64,000 bases of DNA from Daphnia carinata (GCF_022539665.2 NC_081331.1:9548001-9612000), one strand, 5' to 3'; positions 37,395-52,200 are shown, counted from the first letter of the stretch. The notes: generated from the letters alone by a model not told the origin. Numbers and translations: made by a program.

Positions 37395-40155
37395 CTTAGT
37401 TTCTTGTTTTGGACTCTCTCTCTCTCTCTCTTAATTTTTTTTTTTTTTTTTCTAAAATAAATAATATAGGTGTATAATAATACGTGATGTAGACCTCCGG
37501 TAGACGCGCAAAATTGCAGTTCTCTATTACAACAACGACCGACGGCATTTGTTTTAGCTCCAAGCTTAACTATTTTTTCTTTTTTTTTTTTTTTTTTTTT
37601 TTGATATTTTTATTGGCGTTTTCCAACCGTCTAAAATTCTTTTTTTTTTTCATTTCTTTTTACGTCTGTAGCGTGTCTGACGAGCTGCGTAATAATGGAC
37701 GCAAGCAAGCGCAAATGGAATGCGCTAACTAGTGCAAGTCTTTGAGTCATCTGCGTTCGGCCTGAGTTTCGTGGCGAAACAAAACAAAAAAAAAAAACAC
37801 GTTCGCGTGCAAATGGCGAACCGTTGCTCAACGCCCTTAAATTTTAAGCAAAAAAAAAAAAAAAAAAAAAAAACGGATAGAGATCGATAGAAGAAAACGC
37901 TTGAGAGTAAGACGAGCCGAGAAGCTGTCCGATGGCATTTGTCAATCAAGTGAGGCGATTTTTCAAGCGCTTCGTTTTCAACAGCTCAACGCATAAATCA
38001 TGGGGGGGGGGGGGGACCAGGAAAGGAAGACTGTACCCAAAAAAAGAAACGTTGGCATTTTTTTCTCTCGATAGAATACAAAAGAAAAAGGAGCGAGAGA
38101 GATAGAGAGAGATTCAAATATTTTTTTTTTTTTTTTGTTTTATTATTTTTTTTTTTTTTTATTTCCAGCAGTCGAGTGAGAAATGATGGCGCGTCCCATT
38201 CGTCACGTGTGAAATAGCAACAAGTACCGCCGCACGCTCGGCCACGTTCGAGTCGCCCGTCATCAGTAGGTATTTACGACATTCAAAGTTTGAACGAATG
38301 GAAAGAATGAGAGATAGCTTCAAGCTACCGTGAATGATTCACGCACATGACAACGACGGCCAAGTACCGCTACGGCTGGATTCCAACCGGACTTTTTCTT
38401 TTTTTTTTTTTTTTTTTTTTTTTTTTCTTTTTTAGCGCATTATATTCAACATCTCTTCAACCTCTGTGTATCTTGTTTTCTTCTTCTTTTTTTTTTTTTT
38501 TTTTTTTTTTACTGCATCGACCACAGGTGGATGAGAAAAAAAAAAAATAAATAAAAGGTGTTGTTGTTGTTGTTGTTGTTTTGGAATCGAGGCATAGTCG
38601 GCGACAAATGGGCTGGGAAACGAAAAAAAAAAAAAAAAAACAAAGCGGCCAAAAGTGGAACAAGACAACAAGTCGTAATATCCGTGCCCTCAAGAAGGAC
38701 TCGGCGGAGGCTAAATAAAAAATAAAAATAAAAAAAAAGAATGCGGCAACGTCGCATTCCTCAAGCTCCCGAAGAAGAAGCTGACAAAGCAGCCCCTTCT
38801 TCAACAAGATATTAAAATAAACAAGCACTTGTTTCTTATTTCTTTTTTCTTTTTTAGATATAAAAAGAGAAGCTGCTGCTCTTGGCGGGGTTTCCTACTA
38901 TCGAAATTTTTTTTACTTAATACACAGTGCACCGTACGTGTACTGTTTAAATTGTATTCACACACACACACACACACACACGTAGACGGGAATGGGGGGG
39001 GGGGAATGAAGAAAGAATAGGGGGCAAATAAAGAAAAAGCCCTGCGGCTAGATACACACACACACACACACATACACACGCACACAAAACGTAAGGACCA
39101 GCCGGGCCAGTCCGTCCAGTTTAGATGTGTGTGTGTTGTTTTAAATATAAATACATCTTATATTGATGCGCGTTTGTTTTGTGTTTTTTTTTCGTGTGAC
39201 TTTTTTTTTTTTTTTTTTGTGATCACGCAGCTGCACGCCCTTTGTTTTGTTTTATTGGTGTGGAAAAAGCGAAAGATTCACGAGACGTGAATTTCAAGCC
39301 AAAATAAAAACGGCATTTTTGACGCGAAATGTTTTGCAACTGAAACGGAATTGTGAATGAAATATTGTTAGACTCTCAGCGAAAAAAGAAAAGAAACATC
39401 AGACTAATAATAATGGAACGAGCAGGCAGAAAATCGAAAGAAATATATATATATTATTATTATTATTATTTTCGTTTTTCTCTCGTGTTTTAATTTTATT
39501 TGAAAAGAACGGAATAAATGAGAAGAGGCAAAAGAGGAAGAAACTTAAAAACTTTGGCGGAGATGGAGAGAGAGAGAGAGAGAGAGGCGGTGGCACACTA
39601 TCTATCCTCTTCTTCTATTCTTTGTAGTTTATTTTATTTTACCTTTTTTTCTATACTAGAGAGAGAGAGGTTCCCTCCTCCCCACCTCGGAGGACCCGAT
39701 CACTCCCACCTTGCGGGGATATGTCATTACCGACCGACTCAAAAAAAGCGCGCCCCCCTCTTATTTTATTTTTATTTTTTTCCAGTTCTTTTATCTTTGG
39801 GATAGCACCAGTAGATGTTATTCTTTCTAAAAAAGAATAAAATCTAAGAAAAAAAAAAAAAAAAAACAAGACCATTTTTTTTCCCCCTCTTTATTTTTTA
39901 AAAGTCTGGTAGCGACGGGCTAAGGGGGGGGGGGGGGGGGGGGGTGAGTTCGGTGTTTTTCCCTTCACCTTTTTTCCCGCCTACCTTCCCACAGCCGATG
40001 CGTGTAAGGGCCTACGTTCGTTCGGAGGTAATGAAATGTGTATACAAAGACGAGAGACGCGTACATGAAAAAAAAAAAAAAACGCGAGGGGTAGAGAATT
40101 TAAGTAGTTATATAGAAAGAGAGGGAAAGACATCAACTTCCAAGAATTACAAAAC

Positions 40156-40186
<31 letters not shown>

Positions 40187-41995
40187 TTCGTTTTCTATAG
40201 AGAGAGAAGCGAGAAGATGAGATACGATTACACGCACAAGACATTTCGTTCAAGGGGGTTATCTCTTCCTCTTGGCTGTTCCGCCCTCTTGCAACGAAGG
40301 GAGGAAATGAAAGGGAGGACAAAACATCACAGAAGAAAATAAACACGACAAGCGTTTATTTCACAATCCACTTTGGTGTTATTATTATTCTTCTTCTTCT
40401 GCCTCGTTTTTTTTTTTTTATGTTTTATTGTTATTCGTTGCAGCTCTTACGCTGTCAAATGCCACTCAGCGTTCCACGAACAACGTCGTGTTCTTCTAAT
40501 GTGTTTCAAAATGAGTCTCTTCGTTTCGAAAAAAACAAACAAAACAGGGTTTGATTGGTTGAATTTTCGATTGATAATCATCTAAATATGGCCATTGATT
40601 TCGAACGATTGTTTAATCAAGTGAAAGCAGCTTTTGCTTGACGATTGGTGGACGGCCATCCAACTCCCCCCCCCCCCCCCCCCCCGATTGCTTTTTCTCA
40701 CATTCGTGTGATTTTTGTTTCGAAGAAAATCAGAAAACAAGATGCCCCCCAAAAGAAAATTTTTTTTTTCGAATCTTTATTCTCCATCTTTGGAATATTT
40801 GGGGCATTGTATACGGTGGGAGAGAACGGGAGGGGGGGGGGACAGGGGCCGAATCAAAAACTGATCTTTTTCTGAAATCTTGTCGCCCGGTCTTGTTTCG
40901 TTCTCTACGTATTTTCCAATCACCCAAAACTGAATAAATGAGAACGCCATTAGTTCTAGTTCGACCGGTTTTATTGCTTCCTGGCCATCTTTCTATCTCT
41001 CTCTCTCTCTCTCTCTCTCTGGCCTTAAAAAACTTGCGTGTGCTTCTTTCCACCTTCGAATGTGTATATACGCCTATATTGCTTGTCGTATATCCTGGAA
41101 AATGATATTCGGCAGACAAGTTCCACACCACCCGCACATCGCATCATCTTTTTTTTTTTGTTTTTCTTTTCTCCATATAATAAACGAATATATATATATA
41201 ATATGGAATCAAGGTGTGTCGACAGGTACACAACGTTCCTGCGCCAGGCGGACAGGTGGTGTGTGTGCTCGGTGTCAACTGCTTGGCGATTGGTCAACAT
41301 GACCAAAAAAAAAAAACAAAAAAAAAAAAGAAACACAAAAATATGTTGGAAACGACTTCACCACAAGCAAATCCAATTCGGTCCAATTGAAATTATTATT
41401 ATTTTTTTTTTCTTTTTATAATAGGCGCACACGCCATCTTTAACGGACATTGTAATACATCAAGAATGTCTAACCCAGGGACAAGAAAGAAAATATTTAA
41501 AATGAAAAGGGTCCTCTCATTTTTCTTTTCTCCTTTTTAAGGTAAAGTGAGAAGCATTTCGAAGCAAAAAAAAAAAAAAAAAAGCGTCGAGGATTCCAAA
41601 AGAAAAAAAAAAAATGAAAATTTTCGAGATGCCAAGATAATGATCGCCCGGCTAAAGGCAATTTTTATCAAAATGCGGACTTGTTTCGAGCTTCTAACAG
41701 TTCAAACAAGAGAAAAACTTGACAGGAATAAAACATGAGAATCACAAAATGATGATGAAGAAGCTGAAGAACAGGAAGAAAAAGAAAAGAAAAAACAAAA
41801 GAACGTCTAAAGGTATAGCTATCTATATGAGGAGGAATTTGCAACCGATCGACTGATTACGCGCGTTGCTTTGGAATGCAACGGGCGCGCTGGGGCTCGA
41901 CCCACAGGTGTTTTTTTTTTTTTTTTTTGTTTTTTTTCTTTCTCCTTCCCTTTTTCTTTTCCCTCTTCTTGTATTCGTTTTCGTTTTGGTGGTTG

Positions 41996-42026
<31 letters not shown>

Positions 42027-42532
42027 GCGGGAGCTCAATTCATATCCCGGACACCGATTTTTTTTTGTTTTTTTTTACTGTTTTTTTTTTTTTTTTTTTT
42101 CTTAATTTTTTGTTTTAAAAACACAACCACCAAAATAATCATAATCGTAATCATAAAGACATCCTCTTTCCACTCCTTATTTTATTATTATACATTTTTT
42201 TTTTTTTTTTTTTCGGTTGAAAATAACGCAAAGGACGAATAAAAAAAAATATATGCTATAAAAAAAAAAAGTGGGAGATGAAACAAAACGAAAAAAAAAA
42301 AAAAAAAAGCGAGAAAACAAGTCTGCCCGGCTTCTGGCGCAATCGGAGTAAATAGTTGAACTTCTCTTTTCTTTTTTTTTTTTTTTTTTGTTGTTGTTGT
42401 TTGGTTTTTCTTTTAAACAACAGTTAAACGATTGTTTATACACAACATGGTTTTTGTTGTTTTCCTAAAAACATTTCCGCCGAGATATTAAAAGAAAAAA
42501 GGCCGTACCTCGGAAGAATCACGCAGCGACAT
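21583..42532 (-). CDS. TTC28: Tetratricopeptide repeat protein 28 (TPR array, CHAT domain, low-complexity tail), 9 coding exons
   Basis: Approximate exons: 42509-42532, 31793-32050, 29633-30007, 29316-29520, 27606-29156, 24703-27461, 23881-24628, 23390-23791, 21583-23318, all GT-AG. Contains FLDKVRQSNQACQNGDF..LFSNRSAA..WPK|GYYRQGVALQCLGRH, many xAYGNLG TPR repeats, and CHAT motifs (HFATH, LTAADIL, LLAAGAQSVLVSLWPVPD, HPANWAGFVL). Confidence 0.93.
31098..31215. repeat. (GT)n and (GA)n microsatellites in a TTC28 intron, representative of many in 30-46 kb
   Basis: Direct reading: (GT)n at 31098-31129 and (AG)n at 31166-31215. Confidence 0.9.
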
Positions 42533-44127
42533 GACAACAGGTAGATCGTCTGCAAATGATGTCAGCTTCCAGCAGCGAATAACAAAAATGGCAGCAGACG
42601 AGCAAATTCGGGAAGAAAAAGAAAATAACAAGTCACTAGCGCTGACTTTCGTTTGAAAATAAAAAAAAAACTCCAAAGTGTTAGTTGGCCATGACGCAAC
42701 GATGACGAGAGAATGTGCACAACACCATAACGAAAAGCTGCTGGCAGCCAAAGAGAAAAAAACCACTGACAGAAATTTATTTTGAGCCAACACGTTGCCA
42801 AAGCGTCGTAATGTTCTCGGCGACCAAGTCAACTCTCTCACACACAGACACACACACAGACACACGCACAGATACACACACACACACACACACACAAAAA
42901 AACGAAATCGCACTGATCAACACCACCTGTAAACGTGCCAATCAGCCTTTCAAAGTGGCTATATCACTTGCACGCACACAGTTTGACAAGCACAGGTTGT
43001 GCGACAATGCCAGACCACCACCGAAAACACGACAAAAACACGACGTTGGCGATGTGTAAATAAATGTACAACACTTTTCGTGAACTTGCAAACATATTTT
43101 TAAAAAATAAAAAACAAAAAAAAAAAAAATAGATGCGCCTCTTGTATGTGAGCGGCAGCTGCTGGACATGAACGCAGTTGGATTTCGACTGACTCTGCAA
43201 AGTCTGCCTCTCGCCAGTGTCTTGCCTGCTGTTCTGGATTGCCGTGGCCTTGGCCAGCTCTTTTCGACGCCATGTTGGTTCAAAGACGAAAGGTAAGACG
43301 AAAAGGAATGGGGAAAAAGAGGAGGAGGAGGAACAGTTTCGCCTCTGGGAGAAGCACGACTTGAAAAAAAAAAAAAAAAAAAAAAAAACCTTTTTCGGGG
43401 AGATTTCGAGTCAGCTCTCTCGCTGTTAAAAACGTGGAACGAAGAAAGAAAAGAGAAATAGAAGGTATAGACGTGATAGGTAAAGCAGGTAAAAAAAAAA
43501 AAATAAGCGGAGTGGAGAGGGGGCCAAGGAGGCGGAGTAGGGTGGTGTTTTTCTTTTTTTTGCTTCCTGGCTTCTTATATCCCAACGGGCTGATAGACGC
43601 ACAGGTGAGACTACTAGCGATTGCAGTCCCACCTGGCGTCCATTTTATTTTTCTCTCATTCTCATTCGCTTCGTTTACCTCTCCTCTTGCATTTTTTTTT
43701 TTTTTTTTTTTGGGGGGGGGGGGGGAGTGTAGGCCTACAGTGCAAGCTGGGCGTATATTTACCAAGTTCAAAAGGAGGCCATCAAGTCGACTTGACAAGT
43801 CGTCCAGACAGTGGAGCCATCAGATGCTGCGGTGTACAGCAGCGACACTCAATTTTGAGTTTCATACACTTCTACTTCATTTTTCTTGAATCATTTTCTT
43901 TTTTTTTTTTTTTTTAAATCGGACCACACACTTTGGGAAGCGCAAAGAGGAAACTTACTATGTCTTTTTTATGCCTTGTTCTTCTTGAAAGTCGGAGCGA
44001 AGGCAGAAAATAGAAGCAACAAGTTGCGTGAGCTGTTGGGACAATGAGCGGTTACCGGTTATGATTATACGTCTTTTTATCGGCAATCCGACAGCATCTT
44101 TTGCGGGAAGACGTTGCGAGAGAGGAC

Positions 44128-44158
<31 letters not shown>

Positions 44159-44171
44159 CCGAAACCGACAT

Positions 44172-44207
<36 letters not shown>

Positions 44208-45583
44208 TCTCTTTCTCTTTGGAACATTCTTTGGGGTTTTAAATATGAACAGAAAAACGAAAGAGTCTCCGACCGCTTTTATTTTATTTAAAAGAGGGGC
44301 TTTTAGTGCTGAGAGAGCCAGTCTATATTGACGATTACATCTACGAGCGGGGTGTGTGTGTGTGTAGGTGTTTTTTCAGAGTCAATAATCGGCCAGTTTG
44401 GACGAAGCGAAAAAGAAACAAAAAAATTATGTCTAGGGTAAGAAGAAACACACACACACACACACAGAAAAAGGGCAACATAATACCCTCAGACCTTGGA
44501 ATACTTTGCATACTACTATGTCGATTTTTTTTTTTTTTTCTTTTCCCTCCTCTCATTTCACTCTTCTCTCTTGGTTTTAACAAACTACCTGGAATTATTG
44601 TTTGAAAAAAAAAAAAAAAAAAAAATGTGTCTATTCTTCTTTTTAACCGAACACGAGAATATCGGAGCCGCGCGCGCTCATGCGAGAGGCGGACTTTGGG
44701 CGGCTCTAAAAAAAAAAAAAAAAATTTTTTATTTAAAGCAAAAAGAATGAAAGGGAAGAAAAAAAAAAAAAAACGCACGCCGGCTGTGTGTGTGTGTGTG
44801 TGTGTGCGCTGTGTCGTAAAAATGTAAACGAGTTGTAATCTAATGTAATGATACTCTGTAATCAAGGGGGTCTTCGCGGTGCGCGGTCAACTGTGATTAG
44901 CTTCATCCTGTTTTGTGTGTCTGCTCTGTGTGTGTGTGTCTGGCCCAAAGAAGAAGGCAACATCCCCCAGTCGCTCGAGCTCTTAACTCTCTTCGACAAC
45001 AACACCGCCGCGCCTCCTACCAAATTTCCACACACAGCGTGGCATGTTAAACCGAATCAAATGCAATGTTTACTCTTTTTTTTCTCTCTCTTCGCTGTAC
45101 ACGTATGTGTGGTGTGTACCACCTGGCGAGAACGTCCTTACTAGGAAGCTTCATCTCGATGTCGACTTTTAAAAGGGACCCCATTCGCTTATCTTGCACT
45201 GCTACACTCTTATTTCAAAAGACGTACCTCTTCGTTCCTATTTCAAAACTCTCGAACGCTAAAACTCGATTAGTCTCGCTGGATCGTCCGCTGTGGACCG
45301 AAGAAGTTGTTTCGACAGAAAAGAATGTAGAGAAGAAAAAAAAAAAAAAAAAAATGTTAATATAAAATCATCTGGGCTTCGATGTGGGAAAGAATGAAAA
45401 GCGTCGGTTCCCCTACACATTTTTTTTTTTTTAGTGAATCAAATAGAAAAAAAAAAAAAAGAGGACATTGTTTTGATTCCTATTCGATATGATCAAATTA
45501 CACACCTTTACCTTTTGGCCGCAAGGCTTCTTCGTGGGAGAACAAAACGGTTCGCCCATATACATCCGGACACAAACTCTTTA

Positions 45584-45618
<35 letters not shown>

Positions 45619-46075
45619 GTGTTACAAAAGTCCATCATCATCGAACTCTAGCTGTGCAATGGAAACACGATCCCAGCCAAAAAGAGAAACATAGAATTTT
45701 TCATCCTCACCGAAAAGAAAAATGTAATCATCAAAACAAAAAACAAAAAAAAAAAACAAAAAACAATTGCTTAACACGATCAACATACTTTGCTCACGTC
45801 ATTTCTTTTTGCCGGGGTTTCATCTTCTTAACCACCATCGTCATCATCCAAGGGAAAAAAATAACAAAAAATTGCATGTTTTCCCCTTTTTTCTTCTTTC
45901 TTTTCGTGACGATGACGATGACTATCGCATTATTAGCCAAAGTGCTTGTAACACACAAAAGACTTTGGAACAAGAAGAAAAAAAAAAAAAAAAAAAAAGA
46001 TGGAGGAGCGAGGAGAATGCAATCCGTTACAGAGTCAGGGATCAAGGAGAGAGGAGAGCACGCCTTGATAACCAA

Positions 46076-46110
<35 letters not shown>

Positions 46111-46223
46111 ACAAAAATGGACCCGGATTGGAGGTTGGTAAAGGAAAAGATGTGCATGTTGTTTTTATAAAGCTGAAATGCGGATGCGTGTGTCGCCCAA
46201 AAAAAAAAAAATTTATATTTGGT

Positions 46224-49200
46224 TTACGACACCAATGTCGCGTCCAGTTCTTCTTCCTTCGTTTCGGGAAGGCTGGCCATTTTGCGCAGGACTTTGGAGA
46301 TGACCTCAGAGAGCGAATCACGAGCTCCGGGGTCGAGCAAGTTGACGCAGTGCTGTTGGGTTTCGTCGTTGTGTCGCAGACGCAAAATGGTGACCAAAGC
46401 GGCCTCGCAGGCCGACCGGACGGCCGTGTTCTTCTCCTTGGTTCCGTTCACCAGCTGGGGTAGGAGGACTTTGAGGAAATCGGACGGCAGGGCCGTGTCA
46501 ATGTGCCGGCCGAGATAGTGGCTCGTCTGGGCCACCAACTGTTTCACCTCGTTGCTGGCATGATTGAGCGTCTTGGCGAACGGCTGGCTGAGCTGGGCCG
46601 GGAACGACACGGGGCTAGTGGTCGTCATCAAGTGCCTAAAGAGGAAGCCGATAGCGCGGATGCTGTTCGATACGATCGGGATTCGATCGGCCGTCAAGTA
46701 GCTCAACAAGACGCGATGCAACTTGTCTCGCCATTCGGCCGTGTAGACCTGCTCGGCCGCTTCCTTCAAGGCGACGGAGAGAACGGCGCTCTTACCGTGG
46801 CGCAAAGTCCAATCGAGTGACGGATCGTCGTGGAGGAGACACTCGTTGACGAGGGCCTCCAGTTCGTCGGCTGGCAAACGACGGAAAAGGGCGCCCAGAC
46901 ATCCGGCGGCGGCTGATCGGGTCGTGTCTTCCGGATGGGACAGCATCGACTGCAGCGTCGCTAAAATGGATTTGCGGATGGGTTCGCTCATCTTGTCGCC
47001 GGCCGGGGTGATGACGCCGCGCAGGGCTTGCAGTGAAGTTTCCCTGATGGAAGAGTCGTCTGTCGTCTTGATGCTCGTGTACAACTCGTTAAAGAGCGGG
47101 TCGGCGCGAGTGTGAATCACAATCAAATGACTGAGGGCCGTGGCCGCCTTGAGACGGACCTGGCGGTTGGGATCGCTCAGCGATTTGACAAATGTCGTCT
47201 GCAACTGCGGCAGGAAAGGCTTGAGGAGAGCGCCCACCTTGGCCAGCAAGAGCGCCAGCGTTTCCAAGACGGCCACCTTGACACCGGCGCTAAATCGATC
47301 GCCAAGGATACGGATAAGTGGTCCGGTAATGGCCACCACCGACGGCTTGAGAGCTTCGGGTGATGTCAACTTAATCAGTTCTCCCAATCCTTGGGCGGCT
47401 TGTTCTTTCATCTCGGGAGGGCCGTTCAAAATGGCCTCACGATAGACGGGCAGCAAAGGCGCGATACCCTTGGAGAGGCAACAGCCAGGCAGGAATTCTT
47501 GACCTTTGAGGTCACTCATGGCAAAACGAACGGCTTGACGAAGGTCGCCGACGTGCGCCATCTGTTGAGTGGCGTCGAGGGTCTTGATGACCGAGTTGAG
47601 GGCCTCCAGAGCCGGATTCAACACGCCAGGATCATTATCCGTCAGCAAGTGGATGAGACCGCGAAGGAGTTGCGGTACGTACTGGATGTAATCGGCTTTC
47701 GTGTGCGTGCAGAAGCCGGCCAAAAGGGAGACGGCGGCTCGGCGCAACGGCAACTTGTCCGATTTGGTCGAAGTCAACAGCTCGTCCATGATGGCCCGGA
47801 TGCCTTGCTCGTCCTGCACAGAGAGCAACACCACCTGGCAGTACTCGACTTCTTGTGCCTCCGCGGGCGTTCCAGCGGCAGCTGTGACGGCGGCCAGAAG
47901 AGCGGGTAGCAAACGGTTAAAGTGGCGAGCCAGGGCATCGCCGGCCACCGAGGCGAGAACCGACAAGGCTTTGGTATTGACCGGCGGAGCGGTCAGATGC
48001 GGGATCAAGTACGGGAGAACGACGCGCGGTTTGATGGCCATGACTTGTCGAAGGCCGTCCAGCGCGTTCTCTCCTTGGTCGGGATCGTTGAGGGCTTCCA
48101 GCATGAACGGCAGAATGTCGTCTAGGGCCCGGCCGCCGACGGTGCTGTGAAGGCTGTCGAATGTCTTGGCCGCCGCTTGGCGTACCTCGGACAGCGGGTC
48201 GCAAAGAGCCTTGCGAACGGTCGGCACGAGGCTGTCTACGAAGGTCATGACCATCTCGCGGGACGTCGACGCCATAATTTCAGAGAGACCAATACAGACT
48301 CCCTTTTAAAAGAAAGAAAAAACAAACAAAAAACAAATGAATAACGCATGGCCAACAAAGAACAAATTTGCATTTATTTATTTTATTTGTTTTTACCTGT
48401 CGAGTGTCCGGCTCGTCCGAGTTGAGTCCATCTTCCAAGATAGGAATGATTTCGGGCAAGACGCGCTCACCCAATTTGCGGACAAGGTCGCCCAAAGTGC
48501 GGGCAGCCACTTGCCTCTTGTCGTAGACGGAGCTGGCCAAGCATCCCAACAATAAATTGAACAGGGTGGACAGGATTTCGCGCAGCGTTCTGGGCGTGTT
48601 GGTGACAACGACCTTCCAGACGTGAAGAGCAGCCTGCCGGACGAGTAGGGCAACGTCCGAACGACCCATGTAAAGGCCGGCCAAGACGCGGTTGCGTCTC
48701 TCCGTGCCCAACGTGTCCATAATGGCTCTGTGCGATTGCTCCGTGCCAAAGTTGTCGTCCTCGCTGGCCGTCTCGGTCGTCATCTTACCGGAAACGCCGG
48801 AAATCTTGTAGAGCAAATCGCCCAGAAGCTGGATCGAGCTGTAGCGAATACGCCAGTTGTCGTCGAAGAGGCCGAGTTCCAGTTCGGGCAAGAGCAGCAT
48901 GATGGCCGTATCGGCGTACATGTTGACAATACGCTGACCGGCTCTCAGGGCCGTGTCTCTGACAAACTCGTTCTCGTCGGCCAGAGCCTTCAGGATCGAC
49001 GGGATAATCTGGCTAATGTAAGGCGTGAATTCGTTCTGGAACACTCCGGGCAGGTAGATGAACATCGTTATGTAGCCGTCCTGTAAAATAAAATAAAATA
49101 AAGTATTCATTTTTTTTTTTTTTTTTTTTTAGTTAATACATAGTCTTATCTCCCATTGTTGTTGTGCAAGGGGGGGTTCACACGAACGATAAAAAAATAT

Positions 49201-52200
49201 TGTTATCCAATTAACCCCGTATTTTAGTAGTTTTCAACCAAAACACGTCTGAAATAACGGTTCGATTTTTATAGATCTAATGTAATAAAAAAAAAAAAAG
49301 AAAAAAAAAAAAAAAAAACAAGAAAAAAAAGACCGGGTAGCTTCCCTCCCCCCCCACTCTTTCTTTTGTTTTCTAGTTAATGGCTCGTGGGTCATTTAAC
49401 AGATTTTTAATTGCCGGACCAGACGCGTTGGCCATCTGACCCCGTGAAGAATTCGGAACAAAAGAAAAAAAAAAAAAAAGAAAGAAAAAAAGATTCGACG
49501 CTCTTGCATCGGAATCGAAACACTTCACCTTGACGTGAGGGGCAATGTCCTGGCGTTCGGCCGTGGCAATAATTTCGGGCATCAGTTTGTGAAGTTTGTC
49601 GACGCCGAGGCCTCCGACAACTTCCGACAGACCCTGTGCGGCACCGGATCGGTCGACAGACGACGATTCCGACGTCAGCGTTTGCATCAACCAAGGCAGC
49701 AGATCGTCGAACGAAGCTTCACCCATTCCGCGAACCATAGCGCCCAATGCGCGGGCAGAAACACTTCGGACATCCGGTACGGGATCCAACAGCGAAGCTT
49801 TCAATCCAGGGATAATGGTCGACAAGTATGGACTCAAATCTTTTTGATCCGTCAACGAATACCTGCACATTATTCAAACAAATTTTAATTCGTTTTTACA
49901 TCTTAAACAATTTTTCTGTAAATGATAACTCACATGTTGCCGATAATTTGCGCAGCCATTTTGCGAGTCTCGGTGGATCGATCTTGGAAAGCTCGCTGGA
50001 CAACGGGCATGATCAAGGCCAACGACGGCGCGTCGATGAAATGGACGAATTTCGTTTCGAGCAAAGTGGCCAAACAAGACGAAGTCTTCTTAGCAGGATC
50101 TTGGAGCGCTTCCAAGAGAACGGGCACAATGGCCTGAATCTCAGGGTTACGGATGACGGAGCCAATGATCTGCAGAGCTTGAGCTCCCGCTGCTTGCACT
50201 TTAACGTGACTGTCACCGAGTACCTCAATCAGTTTTGGTACGATGCCTGGAAGACAGGACGAAAGTTGTCGTGGAGCGCAGTAAGCCATGGCTCCGAGCA
50301 GCTCAACCGAGCCGGTTTTGGTCCTCCAAGAGTCCTGTTCCAGAGCGGCCAGCAAAGAGGGCAACACCAACTTGACTCCGTGAGCACTCAGCTTGCTCAT
50401 GACGGCCTTGGCCGTGTCGTCGGCTGCTTCACGGACAAATTGGTTGGTGTCGCCAAAGCAGAGGAGCAAATGCGGCAGAACGTGGACGACATAAGGCTCG
50501 AAGAGACGGCCCAGCATGGAGCAGAGCTGTTCGAAAGCAAAGAGGGCGCCTTCACGATGCCGGATGTTTTTCTTGTTCTGTATAGCTTCCGTCAAACTCG
50601 TCATGATGTCCAATTGCTTCAACGACAAAATGCCCAGGCCTTTGACGATACCAGCGATACCGTACGCAGCTCCTTTACGGTCACCGTAGTTGTTGGAAGA
50701 AAGCAACTTCTGGAGAAGACGCTGGACCAGAGGAGCGACTTCGTCCTTGATGGCCGGCACCAAGGGTGGTAGACAGTTGGCCACAGCTTCTTGGACAGGC
50801 TGCGAAGGCGTCGATAAAGCGTCAACCAACTTGTAAATGATGGGCTTGACACGAGGGTCTTCTTTCTCCAAATGGCGGGCCAAAGAGCCCATCAGAATGA
50901 CAACCGACTGACGAACCGAGTCGAAACTTCCGGATTTGGGCGCGTCATCCATAAACTTCTCAAAGACGGGCAGCAATTTGGTGATCGTCTCCTTGCCGTG
51001 CTGATCGACCATCGTCACGGCGGCGTTCAGCATAGTCTTCTTGACACTCTCTTCTCGGTCGCCAAGTCCTTTGGGCACGAAGAACGACGCCAAACGGACA
51101 ACGGTAGTATCGTCCATCAACGGGACCAAGCGGTAGAGAGCTAGACCGATTCCGGCACGAGGTTCCCAGACGTCCATCGGTGGCTGCAATTCGCGGCCAA
51201 AGTTATCCTTGACGGCCGGTGTCAGCTCTAGTCGTTCGCCATACAATTTGATGAGGCGTTTGGCTGTAGGGTCCACTTCGGCCGTGTTGAGCTGCAATGC
51301 GGACGCGAGGGCCTCGGCTCCAGCTGCCCTGATTGGCTCCACCATGTGAGTGACATCTTCGAGTACGAGCTCGAACATATTTTTGACGGGCTGAAGTTGT
51401 GTAGCAGCCCATAGCTGTTCGCCCTTTTCGCGGATCTCTGGAACAACATCGAACTTGGCCACCCACAGCCTGTGATTCAGATGAGTGGTAAACGTCTTGA
51501 CACGATTGCGCGTCAGCACGGGCAATAGGACGCTCAAGCTGTGGAGACAAGCATCGCGAACAGAGTCGACGCTACTCTCGAGACTATCAAGCAGGCAATT
51601 AACTTCCTCATCGGTGGCCACAGCGCAGCCAGCTTTGCCACTAGCAGACGCCGCAACTTCCAGCAGGGCAGAATAGGCCGTTTGTTGTTCTCTTCCGGTA
51701 GTCGTGCCAATCAAATGAATCAGCAAATCCATCATCTCTTTCAGAGGAAGCAAACGGGGGTTGTTCTGCGGATAAGTTTGGCCTGGCTGACCGACCGATC
51801 TCAGACCAGCGTGACGTTCGATTAACTGGATACCCTGTGCGGCCAATGCTTCTTCTTTAGAGCTGAGTTGTTTTAAAGTACCCCGGATAAAAGGAAAGCA
51901 GTACGTGAAGGTCGGGGCGTTCAACGGAGTGGCAGTAGCGCCAACGAGCTGCTTGAGAACACGTCGTGAGGCGTCATCTAGTGATTCAGTTTCCCATGCC
52001 GGGTCCAGATCGCACATGGGTTTGACGAGACGAAGCGAGACGTGAGCAATGCTCTTAGCCAAAAGTTCCATGTCGGCTTCGAAAACTGATTTCCTCAGGT
52101 CGATCCAGAGTGGCTGAAGTAACGGAGCTGCCACTGGCGAGCCCATCGCTCGCATCATCCAGGGAATCAACTGCGTCAGCTGATTGGACAGCACGCCCGG

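Noticed and set aside
30400..46200. Dozens of short poly-Phe, poly-Lys, (CV)n and (ER)n ORFs
   Set aside because: Translations of homopolymers and microsatellites in intronic or intergenic DNA.
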